From Candidatus Marinacidobacterales bacterium (lineage in GTDB: Bacteria > Acidobacteriota > Vicinamibacteria > Marinacidobacterales > DATDRI01), in assembly GCA_965219415.1 (NCBI GenBank), contig CBDCNP010000002.1:5216001-5280000 (forward strand): DNA of 64,000 nucleotides, read 5' to 3'. The notes under the pieces are model-generated. The model searched no databases. It was not told where the DNA came from and was given only the letters and a program-made list of their open reading frames with translations. This document shows positions 45,128-56,864 of this stretch, in pieces. The position numbers and the translations under genes are program-made. The first letter of the stretch is position 1. Every line of letters starts with the position of its first letter.

Positions 45128-46262
45128 CGCCGAAATGGCGGTCGCGAACATCACGTGGGGCGAAGAGAGAATCGCCCACGAGCTCCTCGTCAAGCTTGGC
45201 ATCCGCGTCTCGCCGCGCACTGTTCGGAAGTACATACCAATTCGAGATGACAGCGGCCCAGACCGGCGCAATTCGTCGCATCGCTGGGCGACATTCGTGG
45301 GAATCACGCAAAAGCGATCGTCGCTGCGGATTTCTTCAACGTAGTCACCGCCAGCTTTCGCGTGCTTTACGTCTTCGTCATCATGGAAATCGGCACCCGC
45401 AAGATGCTTCACTTCAACGTGACGGCGCATCCGACCGCGGAGCGGACGCTGCAGCAGTTCCGGGAGCGATTGGGTGCGAGCACGACTATCGATTCGTCAT
45501 CGTAGACCGCGATGGCAAGTTCTCAGCAGACCTCCGCCCGCCCCGCGTGTTAGCGGCGGACGTAAATTGCACATTTGTGGCGGGCGAAAATGGCATACTC
45601 GGCGCCCCTCTGAACAGGGCTGTGTCCGAGTGGGAGTGAGCCTGACGGAGCCACGGCCCTTCGGTCAAAGTACCGCATCCGATTTGGAGGCGGTGATGCA
45701 CGGAAGGGAGAAACGCGTGTTGCTACGAGAGTATCTTTCGCGCGGCGTGTCGAAGAGCGCGCTGGCGAGCAAGTTGGGGATTGGTCGTCGCACGATCCAC
45801 CGATCAGTTGCTTCAGCTCCTCTGGCAGTGTTGGACGTCCTTTTGGCCGAGACTTCCAACGCCAGAACAGCCGAAACCCTTTCCGGTGCCACAGAACGAG
45901 CGTATCGGGCTTGACCACGATAAGGGCTTCCTTCCATCGAATAGCCTCGCGAGAGTCGCCATCGTGAGCCGTGTGGCGTTATCCGTGCGCAGAGGCGCCT
46001 GCTTACGCTCGACAAAGAACGTAAGCTGCTTCCGAAGGAAGAGATTCTCTGCGGCGAGGGCGCTGCGCGAGCGGCATAGGTTGCAAGCAAACGCGATGGC
46101 GTCCGGAACAATAGACCGGATATTCGAAAACAGTGGCACGAGCGAGCCTCTCCACGTTCCTAAGACGCCGGTGGCGTCGTCGGGTCGACCCGGCACGAAG
46201 CACCCGAGCATGGCAGGTCTAAACCGCGCAATCAACGCTGGAGCGACTTTTTGCGGAGCACA
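45128..46262. mobile_element. rve element N-terminus and IS21 left end, scrambled by an inversion
   Basis: rve N-terminus on the minus strand 46262-45803 continues on the plus strand 45130-45540; IS21 left end TGTTAGCGGC at 45548 and istA start at 45696. Confidence 0.8.
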
Positions 46263-46339
46263 CCCACGTCCGGACGCCCAAAGGGGGGTGGCGCCGTGCG
46301 GCGGCAGAAAAGTAGGCCGCCCGAGCGGTCCAGAATGGG

Positions 46340-47245
46340 TCAGCGGGTCGCAGTCCCTGTCGGGAACATGCTCGCGATGTTGTCCATGGGCTGGAGGACG
46401 GCCGGTCCAACATCTTCAATGTTCGTGTCCACCAGCGGCTTCAGCGTAAAGGGGGCAGGACGATTGTCTGGCTCCGGTTCGATCGACACAACCGCCTGGT
46501 AGCCGATCAGCGGAACCAACGGCGTGATGAACTCCTGCCCTGGGAATGGCGGCGTGCCATCCGGACCCCTCGCCGGTCCACCCGCGTCCGAGTCGTCACC
46601 CGTCACCTGAGTGAATCGGCCCGTCGACACCGGGCCTTCGGGGCCGACCACCCAGCCCTCGTAGACCCAGCCCGCCGGCAACACCGGCAGCACCAGCGAC
46701 GCACTCGGACCGGCAGGGTCGAGCCACCAGATGCCCGACGCGTAGTCACCCGCCACAGCGGCCGTCGAAGGGGTCTCCAGGATGAAGCTCCCGGACGCGG
46801 ATGCGAAGTCGCTCCCCAGCGCTGCAGCGTCCGCCACAGAAAGCGCAGCGCTGTTTCCAGCGAAGTCACCGGCGAGATACTTCGTCCCCGACGGCGCGGG
46901 GTCAGAATCCGGCGAAGGCTCAATGCTTAGGATGAACTTCGTCGCAGACGACAGCGCGGCCTCATCGACGGGAAAGTCGCGTTGACTCAAGCTGCCATCG
47001 GCACGGACCCTGAAAGTGCCCGTCGAGACGGGACTGCCGTCCACCAGGATCCAGCCCTCGTAGACGAAATCAGAACCCAGACGCTGGAGACCGTTGAACG
47101 ACAACCCGAGACCCATCGAGCTGGATCCGGTGGGGGTGTTCTGGCTGGGCCCCGTGGGACTGTCGTTGTCGTCGCCACACGCGGTGACCAGCAACGACAA
47201 TAGCAAAATCACACACACATCAATCTGGCTATTCTGTCGAACCAT
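46340..47245 (-). CDS. Lipoprotein with duplicated YEGW..G.PVSTG.F motif (anti-sigma/RskA C-terminal-like)
   Basis: Lipobox LVTAC, SD AGGAGG, internal repeat YEGWILVDGSPVSTGTF / YEGWVVGPEGPVSTGRF. Confidence 0.75.
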   Translation of the reverse strand: MVRQNSQIDVCVILLLSLLVTACGDDNDSPTGPSQNTPTGSSSMGLGLSFNGLQRLGSDFVYEGWILVDGSPVSTGTFRVRADGSLSQRDFPVDEAALSSATKFILSIEPSPDSDPAPSGTKYLAGDFAGNSAALSVADAAALGSDFASASGSFILETPSTAAVAGDYASGIWWLDPAGPSASLVLPVLPAGWVYEGWVVGPEGPVSTGRFTQVTGDDSDAGGPARGPDGTPPFPGQEFITPLVPLIGYQAVVSIEPEPDNRPAPFTLKPLVDTNIEDVGPAVLQPMDNIASMFPTGTATR

Positions 47246-47441
47246 CGAAACCTCCTTTGTACCTCCTGCGGCCGAAGCAGATCACCGTCGCTGTCCTCCC
47301 AGGAGACGTTCCGGAGCCAGTTGAAGGTAGATGGCGGCTCCAGTCATCGCTATTCTAGTTGATCTCTCCTCACGAACAAAGTTTTTGTCCAGGGCGAGCT
47401 CCTTGAGCTTGGCTTCTAAGATGGGGAGTGATTCGAAGCCC

Positions 47442-47608
47442 GGTGCTTCCGCCATTAAAGTGTTGGTGAGATGACGCTAACACTTTACGCTGCATTAAAT
47501 TACAGCCAAAATAGCGCTCGCGACCTTCCCCGCGCGCTAAATGGAGCGTAAGCGCTTTTTTTGCAATGGGATACGTACACATCACCAACAGCAAACAGCG
47601 CAAGCACC
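47442..47608 (+). mobile_element. 166-bp MITE, copy 2
   Basis: Same sequence and ends as 41554-41719. Confidence 0.88.
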
Positions 47609-47753
47609 TCAGTCCGAGCGCAAGGTGCGCTCCCGTGAACGGCTTGGCGGGTTGCTACGTTTCTACCATCGGGAAGCCGCATGAGTATTTTGACCTCACG
47701 GGGTCCCCGGAACCTATTCGCTCCTATAACGGCCCGGAGATTACGGCTGCGGC

Positions 47754-48953
47754 GGTGCTTCCGCCATGAAGTGTTGGTGGCTGCCGCGTAACCCGTTCGC
47801 GTGCTAGAGTTTGAACCAGAATTCTGAAGACACAGTTCTCTCATCGTCAGGGCCGAGCCGAAGTGAAGAATCGCAGATGTCTCAATCCCGTATGTCCGTC
47901 GTATGGAAAAGTCGGTTCCAGAAGCATTATTCACAACGGATTCTACAGAACGAGGTCCGGGAAACGCCGTCGATATCGGTGCGGCGAGTGCGGAAAGACG
48001 TTCTCTTCGACGAAAGGCACGCCCTACTACCGTCTCCAACATCGAAGAGCTACTTTCGATGGGGTCATCGCTCTCAGAGTCGAGGGTGTCAGCATTACTG
48101 CGATTTCCCGGATCAAAGGGATTGCCTGGAACACCGTCGCCCGCTGGCTCGAGAAGGCAGCCCAAGTGTGTCGTCGATTCAATCACAGAAGGATCGCCGG
48201 CTTCGCTGCCGAAGAGCTTCAAGCCGACGAGATTCGCACGTTCGCGGGCAACAAGAAGACGCCGAGTTGGGTCTTCGTTACGATCGAGGTCTGGTCTCGG
48301 CTCTGGCCATCGACGGTGACGGGAAGGCGAAGCTACCGGAACACTCACGCTCTGTTTCGCGACCTTTCGAGGCGGATGAATTTCGAGCGTCTTCCCTTGA
48401 TCGTCACGGATGGATTCGAATTCTACCAGAAGGTCATCCGTCGCTTCTTCGGTCCAGCGTGTCTCTACGGCCAGGTCCTCAAGACGCGCAGGAACGATCG
48501 TATCATCAAGGTCGAACGGAGAGCGCTGCACGGAGCCGCGTGGCGATTCGAAGACGCGCTCAATAACTCCGAGGACTCCTCAACATTGAACACGTCGTTC
48601 ATCGAGCGGTTGAATCTGACCATCCGGCAAAGCTCGGCATACCTTTCAAGACGAACACTTTCCCACGCTCGCTCGACGGAGAGGCTCGATGAGCACCTGG
48701 AGTTGCTCCGTTGCTATTACAACTTCGTCCGACCGCACGGAGCTCTGAAGTTCGGACGTGAGATCCGAACTCCGGCTATGCAAGCCGGTCTGACCACGCG
48801 ACGGCTCACCTTTCGAGACATCTTCTTGGCGACGACGATTCCTTTGTGGTTGCGGATCGAGGTTTTCCTGCTCACTAGGGCGCGCAACCCGGTCTCTTCC
48901 ACACCTGTACCACTGCCCGCAGCCGCGTAGCAACACTTGATGGCGGAAGCACC
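47754..48953 (+). mobile_element. IS1-family element with single-ORF transposase (47863-48930)
   Basis: Inverted ends GGTGCTTCCGCCAT(G/C)AAGTGTTG; Zn ribbon CLNPVC..CGECG, HTH, ELQADE, TDG, TSFIERLNLTIRQ; no TSD seen. Confidence 0.88.
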
Positions 48954-49231
48954 TCTTTTGCCTCTTTAGCTCGTCGATCTAGTCAAGTGCGCCGTTGAGC
49001 CCAAAGATGGAATAGAAACAGGTCCAAGTCAAAACCTGCTGCGAGGAATGCCGATACGGCGGTGGCCAGATCCCGTGAGGTCAAAATACTTATGCGCTTC
49101 CAGATGGTAGAAACGTAGCAACCTGCCAAGCCGTTCACGGGAGCGCAGCTTGCGCTCGGACTGAGGTAACTGGTCGGTGGCTGGGAACAGCAGCAGATTC
49201 TCCTTGCCTTGATGATTCCCGTCGTGTCCAA

Positions 49232-50548
49232 GGATGTGCCCCGAGGTCCGTGGAAAAAGAACGGTGCCCTCCACTCCGTCATCAGAATATCATATCAGGC
49301 GGCAACCTCCGCGTGTTCGAGAACCTCGCTCAGACGTTGGTAGCCGTCGATGCGTCGTAGTTGAATCTGGCCAGAGGCGATAAGCCCAAACAGCAAAGCG
49401 ACCGCAGACTCCTCGCTGGAGAACGACGCTTGGGTTTTCGTCCGGCGTCGAAACTCGCGGTTGAGATTCTCCAGAGCTTTGGTCGTTCGAAACGGTTTCC
49501 ACATGGCACGAGGGAATTCGTAGAAGGTCAGCAGCTGATTACCGGCCTCCTCTAGGCTTCGGACGACGGCCGGCGCGAGAGGCGTCCACTTGGCGACGAG
49601 CTCGTCATAGGCTTTGCGAGCATCGAACCCGTTCTTGGCGTAGACGATCCGGTTGTAGTCACGCCGGAGCTCACGGCGTGCGTGCGCCGGGCAATGTTGG
49701 AGCAAGTTGGCGCGCTTGTGCTCGGTACATCGCTGCAACCGGCACCCCGGCCACTTCTCCAGCGCTTTCGTCAGCCCCTTGTGGCCGTCGCTGATCACTA
49801 GCTTGGGAGCCCGGAGTCCTCGAGCCTGGAGTCCCTCCAGCACGGAGCCCCAATGCGTCGAGGCTTCGCTCACCGCCAGACGCAATGACAACAGACGTTT
49901 GTGCCCGTCTGGCGCGACCCCGAGCGCGGCCAGTACGGGTACGCTGATCACACGTTTCGCCATCCGCACTTTACGGTTCTGCCATTCCTCGAAGCGCTCC
50001 TTCAGCCGGCTAACCACGCGAGACACCGCGCTCTTCGATAGGTGCTCCTCACCGAGCAGTGGTTTCAGCGCTTTGCGGACCCGGCGGCTATTCGCGCCCG
50101 ACAAGTACGTCCCCAAGAGCGCCTCGTCGATCTCACGAGTCCGGCGCGCGTACCGGGGGCAACAGCTCGCTCCTGAACTCTGTCGTTTCTCCCGTTTCCT
50201 CGTCTCGCACGCGGGCTCGTGGCACCCGGAGCTCGCGAGTTCCCACCGACGTCGTCACGCGACGGGTTTCGGCTCCGTTGCGATATCCACGGCGGTCTTC
50301 CGCACGCTCGTAGCTACAACACCCCAGCGCTTGGTCGACTTCTTCCTCGAGCACAACCTCGATCGCCTCCAGTACCCGCATACGCAGCCGAAGTTGGACG
50401 AACTCCCGGTACTCGCTTACAGACTCCTTCAATATGGTGGTAGGCTTCTTCATGGCGTAATCCTCCTCCTCGCCTTTCCAGGCGCGGTTTCGTTTTGCTT
50501 AACCGGAGGTTACGCCATTCTTATTTCCACGGGAAGCGGGACGGATCC
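49232..50548 (-). mobile_element. Defective IS256-family element, copy 1
   Basis: YRNG, VISDGHKG, LQRCTEHK, LENLNREFRRR; frameshift plus a 51-nt in-frame deletion removing YLDG. Confidence 0.88.
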
Positions 50549-50593
50549 TGCTGAAGTGGACGGCGCAACAAATGGTCCATGCTTTTCCATGGG

Positions 50594-50704
50594 CGTCTGG
50601 TCAAAATACTCGAACGCCCAGTGGATCAGCAGCTTGCACCTTACGGCTTGGCGGGTTGCTACGTTTCTACCATCGGGAAGCCGCATGAGTATTTTGACCT
50701 CGCG
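50594..50704 (+). mobile_element. 110-bp miniature rve-family element
   Basis: Left end CGTCTGGTCAAAATACTC joined to the RLGGLLRFYHREAA* tail and right end GAGTATTTTGACC. Confidence 0.78.
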
Positions 50705-50798
50705 CCAATCAGAAAGTCTCCCGGAACACGGTTCGCAACGTGGTGCAAAGCGGAAAGATTTCGCCTCGCCATGAGCGCATGGTTTATCTTTTCGGCGT

Positions 50799-51707
50799 TC
50801 AGTCCAATGCGATGAAGGGATAGGTAAACAGCATCAAGTGCACCAAATTCAGTGTGAAATGCACCAGGATGCTTGCTTCGACACGCTGTGTGAGCTGGTA
50901 GGCTGCGCCGTATCCGATACCGGCAAGAGTTGCAAGGAAGGCATACGCAATACCGCCACCGATGTGTGCAATACCAAAAGCGGCCGCAGCGACGAGCAGC
51001 GCTACGAGACCTGCTGAAGGAACGCTCGCACGCAACGCCTTCGCCAAATGCCGCTGTAGGAGGCCCCGGAAGAACGTCTCCTCGGCGAGGCATGTCACCA
51101 ACAGATTCGCCGGAACCCACATGACGAGGATCGAAGGCCATTTTGGGTTCCAAACTACGAACCCCATCACCAAGGCAGGCACGACTACCAAAGCGGGTGT
51201 GAGGACGACGAGCACCGTAGTGGTGATGATCACGCTGCTCCACTCCGTCCTTTGCTGCGGCTGCACACACACCACGTAGAGCAAGACGCCCGCGAGTGCC
51301 TTGTCGTAATTCCAATACAGCGTGTACAGCTCCGCCGAGTGTGATACGGCCACAGCATCGAAGACGAGAACGTTGTTGATCCACGGTATTTGATGGGCAG
51401 CTAGCATGACGGCACAGATCACGAGCGTGCCCCACGCTAGGGTACGCACTGGCGTGGAAAACGTAGAACGCATGGCCGCAAAACATGCCACCGCAAACAG
51501 CGCGATGACCACTAGCCCCACCCATTCGACAATACCGCCGTTCACCGCGGCGACGATGGAGAGACTTGTAAAGATCGGCCATCCGGAACGGACACCCAGG
51601 AACATCGCCACTCCCAATGCGGACCAGAGGAACAAGTAAGGGAGTCCGTTCGCTAAATCGATCGTCACGGTTCGGTTCTGTTGACCTTCACCCGATCTTA
51701 GGCCCAA
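50799..51707 (-). CDS. CPBP (CAAX/Abi) family intramembrane metalloprotease
   Basis: Multi-TM; AEETFFRG, FGIAH, HFTLN motifs; start uncertain (GTG at 51668 possible). Confidence 0.88.
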   Translation of the reverse strand: MGLRSGEGQQNRTVTIDLANGLPYLFLWSALGVAMFLGVRSGWPIFTSLSIVAAVNGGIVEWVGLVVIALFAVACFAAMRSTFSTPVRTLAWGTLVICAVMLAAHQIPWINNVLVFDAVAVSHSAELYTLYWNYDKALAGVLLYVVCVQPQQRTEWSSVIITTTVLVVLTPALVVVPALVMGFVVWNPKWPSILVMWVPANLLVTCLAEETFFRGLLQRHLAKALRASVPSAGLVALLVAAAAFGIAHIGGGIAYAFLATLAGIGYGAAYQLTQRVEASILVHFTLNLVHLMLFTYPFIALD

Positions 51708-51885
51708 CTCGAGAGAGAGGAATAGGCGAATGTGGAATGCTAGCTGGCCTCGTGTTCCTTGAGAAACTGTCCCGTCTGGTCAAAATACTCGAATGCCCAG
51801 CGGATCAGCAGTTTGCATCTTTCCAAAGGCTGCTTGAATCCGCCATCGCGGTCGGATACGTATTCCAGTTCAGCGGAAGGAGTCG

Positions 51886-53255
51886 GGATCCGTCCCGCTT
51901 CCCGTGGAAATAAGAATGGCGTAACCTCCGGTTAAGCAAAACGAAACCGCGCCTGGAAAGGCGAGGAGGAGGATTACGCCATGAAGAAGCCTACCACCAT
52001 ATTGAAGGAGTCTGTAAGCGAGTACCGGGAGTTCGTCCAACTTCGGCTGCGTATGCGGGTACTGGAGGCGATCGAGGTTGTGCTCGAGGAAGAAGTCGAC
52101 CAAGCGCTGGGGTGTTGTAGCTACGAGCGTGCGGAAGACCGCCGTGGATATCGCAACGGAGCCGAAACCCGTCGCGTGACGACGTCGGTGGGAACTCGCG
52201 AGCTCCGGGTGCCACGAGCCCGCGTGCGAGACGAGGAAACGGGAGAAACGACAGAGTTCAGGAGCGAGCTGTTGCCCCCGGTACGCGCGCCGGACTCGTG
52301 AGGTCGACGAGGCGCTCTTGGGGACGTACTTGTCGGGCGCGAATAGCCGCCGGGTCCGCAAAGCGCTGAAACCACTGCTCGGTGGGGAGCACCTATCGAA
52401 GAGCGCGGTGTCTCGCGTGGTTAGCCGGCTGAAGGAGCGCTTCGAGGAATGGCAGAACCGTGCTCTCAGCGAGGAGGTCTACGCGATCGTTTACCTGGAC
52501 GGCTTCCACCTGAAAGTGCGGATGGCGAAACGTGTGATCAGCGTACCCGTACTGGCCGCGCTCGGGGTCGCGCCAGACGGGCACAAACGTCTGTTGTCAT
52601 TGCGTCTGGCGGTGAGCGAAGCCTCGACGCATTGGGGCTCCGTGCTGGAGGGACTCCAGGCTCGAGGACTCCGGGCTCCCAAGCTAGTGATCAGCGACGG
52701 CCACAAGGGGCTGACGAAAGCGCTGGAGAAGTGGCCGGGGTGCCGGTTGCAGCGATGTACCGAGCACAAGCGCGCCAACTTGCTCCAACATTGCCCGGCG
52801 CACGCACGCCGTGAGCTCCGGCGTGACCACAACCGGATCGTCTACGCCAAGAACGGGTTCGATGCTCGCAAAGCCTATGACGAGCTCGTCGCCAAGTGGA
52901 CGCCTCTCGCGCCGGCCGTCGTCCGAAGCCTAGAGGAGGCCGGTAATCAGCTGGGCTGACCTTCTACGAATTCCCTCGTGCCATGTGGAAATCGATTCGA
53001 ACGACCAAAGCTCTGGAGAATCTCAACCGCGAGTTTCGACGCCGGACGAAAACCCAAGCGTCGTTCTCCAGCGAGGAGTCTGCGGTCGCTTTGCTGTTTG
53101 GGCTTATCGCCTCTGGCTAGATTCAACTACGACGCATCGACGGCTACCAACGTCTGAGCGAGGTTCTCGAACACGCGAAGGTTGCCGCCTGATATGATAC
53201 TCTGATGACGGAGTGGAGGGTGCCGTTCTTTTTCCACGAACCTCGGGACACATCC
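51886..53255 (+). mobile_element. Defective IS256-family element, copy 2 (inverted relative to copy 1)
   Basis: Near-identical to 49232-50548; ends GGATCCGTCCCG..GTGGAAATAAGAA and TTCTTTTTCCACG..GGGACACATCC; frameshifts near 52275 and 52955. Confidence 0.88.
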
Positions 53256-53469
53256 ACTCAGCAGAAGGATGTTCGGTGACATCGAAATGAACGATCCGGC
53301 GACGGTCGTGGCGAAGGACGATGAAGACGAACAGAACTCTGAAGGTTGCGGTCGGCAAAGTGAAAAAGTCGAGCGACACCAAGTCTTTTTGGCCCGGTCG
53401 CAAACCCAAACACAAAGCTGCTGATTTATGGTCTATTTCAAAGGGGGCCGAGTTTTGGCACAGGACGGG
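53256..53469 (-). mobile_element. rve transposase fragment plus element end
   Basis: LDFFTLPTATFRVLFVFIVLRHDRRRIVHFDVTEHP; end TTTTGGCACAGGACGGG. Confidence 0.75.
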
Positions 53470-53557
53470 GGCGCATCATGGACGAGTGTGTCGATTGATT
53501 TCGAGCCATTGCAACTAAGCGTAAAACTCGGGCGTTGAGACCGGAAAGGAGAACTTC

Positions 53558-54712
53558 ATGAAACGAAGAGAGTTTCTTCACGCCTCCGCGGCCGTGGGTG
53601 CGGCCATGGCGGGTGCCGCGCGCAAGAGTCCAGCGCTGGAGCGAGGAGGGCAGGGCCTGTCCGGAGAGGAGCTGGCCGATCGCAGCACCCAACGGGATCC
53701 TTGGGAAGTCCAGCGCTCGACCATCGTGGTCAACGGATGCGACCCCTCGGAGCTCAGCGTCGAGTACTTGAGAATGCTGAAGGCGGGAGGGGTGAATTGC
53801 CAGGCAAAGAGCGTAGGCGCAGGCGGTTTGGGCGACGTCCAGTTGTTTGCCGATCTCTACAATTTCCTGGATCAGCACCCGAACGAGATTGTTCCCGTCA
53901 CCAAGGTGTCGGAAGTACGCCAAGCTCATCAGCAGGACAAGATCGGATTGGTCTTCGCCTGGCAGTCGGCCAATGAGCTGGCCGAGGCGCGGGGCGAGCC
54001 CCCTCCGACCGCCCTCCGGGCCTTCTATCATCTGGGCATCCGCATTATCGGCATCTCCTACCAAGTGTCTAATATTTTTGGAGGGGGCGTGCTCGATCCG
54101 GAAATCGGCCTGACCCAGGCCGGACGGCGCCTCGTCGAAGAGATCCACACGTTGGGTCTGGTCCTAGACATCGGAGGCCATGCCAGCGAGAAGACGAGCT
54201 TCGATGCGATAGAGATGTCGTCCGAGACTCCCGTCATCTCGAGTCACACCAACGTCGCAGCTATCGTCAACAACATTCGCTGTATCAGCGACCGGCTCAT
54301 GGAGGCTATTGCCAAGACCGGAGGCGTCATCGGCATCTCCGCCATCAGTGACTATCATGTGCGCGACCGCAAGGATGCACACATTCCGCGAAGCCCTCAC
54401 GCCACCTTGGAACAGCACCTCGACCAGTTCGAATATGTCCGCAAGTTGGTCGGAGTAGACCACGTTGGCTTGGGGCCCGACTTCGTCGTCGGCCGGGTGG
54501 AGCCACAGGTGGAGGCGGAGGTCGACCGCTTCACGATTCCGAAAACCATGGTCGGAGAGCCCCCTTGGCTTTTCGTCAAAGGCTTCGAAGATATCACCGA
54601 GCTCCCGAACGTAACGCGAGGCTTTATCCAGCGAGGCTGGTCAACGGAAGACATTCACAAGGTTCTGGGAGGGAACTGGCTTCGGGTGTACGAAAAGATC
54701 TGGGGCGGCTAG
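53558..54712 (+). CDS. Tat-exported membrane dipeptidase (peptidase M19-like)
   Basis: Twin-arginine MKRREFL, GLTQAGRRLVEE, SSHTN, DHVGLGPDF, KVLGGNWLRV; SD AAGGAG. Confidence 0.85.
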   Translation: MKRREFLHASAAVGAAMAGAARKSPALERGGQGLSGEELADRSTQRDPWEVQRSTIVVNGCDPSELSVEYLRMLKAGGVNCQAKSVGAGGLGDVQLFADLYNFLDQHPNEIVPVTKVSEVRQAHQQDKIGLVFAWQSANELAEARGEPPPTALRAFYHLGIRIIGISYQVSNIFGGGVLDPEIGLTQAGRRLVEEIHTLGLVLDIGGHASEKTSFDAIEMSSETPVISSHTNVAAIVNNIRCISDRLMEAIAKTGGVIGISAISDYHVRDRKDAHIPRSPHATLEQHLDQFEYVRKLVGVDHVGLGPDFVVGRVEPQVEAEVDRFTIPKTMVGEPPWLFVKGFEDITELPNVTRGFIQRGWSTEDIHKVLGGNWLRVYEKIWGG

Positions 54713-54787
54713 TACCGCAAAAGGAGGAGGGCTTTATGCCAAGCATCCTAGCTCAAGTGGCGAGAGGTCCGCGTTGGCGTCCTGTGC

Positions 54788-54953
54788 GGTGCTTCCGCCA
54801 TTAAGTGTTGGTGAGATGACGCTAAGACCCTACGGTGCATTAAATTACAGCCAAAATAACGCTCACGACCTTCGCTGCGCGCTAAATGAAGGGTAAGCGC
54901 CTTTTTTGCATAGGGATGCGTACACATCACCAACAGTAAACAGCGCAAGCACC
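54788..54953 (+). mobile_element. 166-bp MITE, copy 3
   Basis: Same ends and interior as copy 1, with several substitutions. Confidence 0.88.
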
Positions 54954-56207
54954 GTGGCGCGAGCAAGGACGGTGGCCAGCGAGCTACGATGTCACGGCAA
55001 GCAGGAAGGCACGCGTCAGATGATCGAACTCGTGCAGCTTGGACGCCGACACGGTTACGACCAGCTAAGAGATACGTTGCGTGTGGCGCTTGAGATCGGC
55101 TGTATCGATGCAGACGCGATTCGGCACCTTGTCGAGTCTCCATCGCTTTCGCGCGCGGCATCGTCAGAGCTAGTCCAATCTCAACTCGGTGAGCTGGCGC
55201 GCTACGAACGTCCTCTACCTCACGTGGGTCACTACGACCGACTCGTGGATGAGCAGGCACACGAGGTGAGTCGATGAGACAACCCCGTCGAGATTCAGAC
55301 GATCCAGCAGCATTGCAAGACGCTTCGGATGCCAACGGTGTCAGCTCAGTTCCACAAGCTCGCAGAACAAGCTAGCCGCGAAAAACAAACCCACGTGGGT
55401 TATCTGGAGGTTCTGCTCAGCTCTGAAGTCGAAGAGCGAGAACACCGAACGGTTCAGAGACGGCTGAAGGAAGCACAGCTGCCGAGAGCGAAGACGCTCG
55501 ACGAGTTCGACTTCTCGCTGTCACCGAAGCTGTCCGCTCAGCGAATCCGCCAACTCACTGAGGGTAGATACCTCGAGCGGGCAGAGCCGGTGATTTTTTC
55601 TCGGCGATGCCGGCACTGGCAAAACCCATCTCGCCACCGCGCTGTGTGTAGAGGCCTGCCAGCAGCGTCGTCGAGTACGGTTCACGACCGCGTCGAGGCT
55701 CGTCAACGAACTCGTCGAGGCCAAGGAGGAGCTCCAGCTTTCTAAGGCTATTCGCAAGCACGCCCGCTTCGAACTGCTGTGCATCGACGAACTCGGCTAC
55801 GTACCGCTCGCCGAGGTCGGTGCCGAACTGTTGTTTCAGGTCGTCTCCGAACGATGTGAGCGCGCCGCGACCGTCATCACCACTAACTTGCCGTTCTCGG
55901 AATGGACGCAAGTGTTCACAAACGCCCGGCTGTGCAAAGCGCTACTGGACCGGCTCACCGACCAGGCTCACATCCTCGAAACCGGTACCGAGTCCTATCG
56001 CTTCCGTCGCTCGCTCAAAACCCGGAAAAAGACGGCAACATCATGACAGAACACGCTTTGCTCCGGTTTCACTCGAGGCGGCCTTCAACTTAGCTCCGGC
56101 CGCAACAGAGGAAAGGGGCACTTATTACTTCTCTTCGTGTGTAATCAATAACTTAGGGTGGACCAAATGAAATGATCAAAGTGGGCCAGACCGGGTGGAC
56201 AAAAACA
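54954..56207 (+). mobile_element. istB: IS21-family remnant: istA C-terminus, frameshifted istB, right end
   Basis: AKTLDEFDF, frameshift in a T-run near 55595 before [28 protein letters not shown]; end GTGGGCCAGACCGGGTGGACAAAAACA. Confidence 0.85.
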
Positions 56208-56461
56208 AAAAGGACCGCAGGGCAGAACAACCGCTGAAGGCATGGTATGCGATCGCAGCGAAAGCCGAGTGGTCCTCTCCGGCGGACGTAAAGGCTGTTT
56301 ATGGAAATGCCAGCATCGTTGGAAACGACCGGGTTGTATTTAATATCGGTGGGAACAGGTATCGGCTTGTCGTCCGTTTCGACTATGCGAGCCGGATCGG
56401 ATTCGTGCGTTTCGTGGGAACGCACGCCGAATACGATGCGGTCGATGCATCCAATGCCTAG
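56208..56461 (+). pseudogene. higB: HigB-family toxin, 5'-truncated by the IS21 end
   Basis: WSSPADVK..ASIVGNDRVVFNIGGNRYRLV..FVGTHAEYD; the usual N-terminal segment is absent. Confidence 0.8.
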
Positions 56462-56470
56462 GAGTGCAAC

Positions 56471-56845
56471 ATGAACATCAAACCGATCAAGAGCGAAGCC
56501 GACTACGACGCCGCGTTAACCGCGATCGACGGCCTGATGGGCGCCGCGCCGGACACGCCCGAAAGCGACAAACTTGAGGTTCTCGTTACCCTTGTAGAAG
56601 CTTACGAAGCCGAGCGCTGGCCGATAGAGGCACCGGCTCCGATCTCGGCGATTGAGCACGTCATGGAGGCCCGTGGCCTGCGCCAGAAAGACTTCGGAGC
56701 GCTGATTGGCTCCCAGCCACGTGCTTCAGAAGTGCTCAACCGACAGCGCCCGCTCACTCTGCCGATGATCCGAGCCCTGTCGATCGGATGGAACCTTCCT
56801 GCCGACGTGCTTGTACGCGAGTACGACCTCGCGAACACGACATAA
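56471..56845 (+). CDS. higA: HigA-family antitoxin (HTH)
   Basis: IKPIKSEADYDAAL..LVEAYE..GLRQKDF..SEVLNRQRPLTLPMIRAL; SD AGGAG. Confidence 0.9.
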   Translation: MNIKPIKSEADYDAALTAIDGLMGAAPDTPESDKLEVLVTLVEAYEAERWPIEAPAPISAIEHVMEARGLRQKDFGALIGSQPRASEVLNRQRPLTLPMIRALSIGWNLPADVLVREYDLANTT

Positions 56846-56864
56846 CATATAGGAACCAACTACC

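Noticed and set aside
47500-48566. 343-aa antisense and 251-aa alternate-frame ORFs in the IS1 element
   Set aside because: Shadow frames of the transposase in GC-rich DNA with no motifs.
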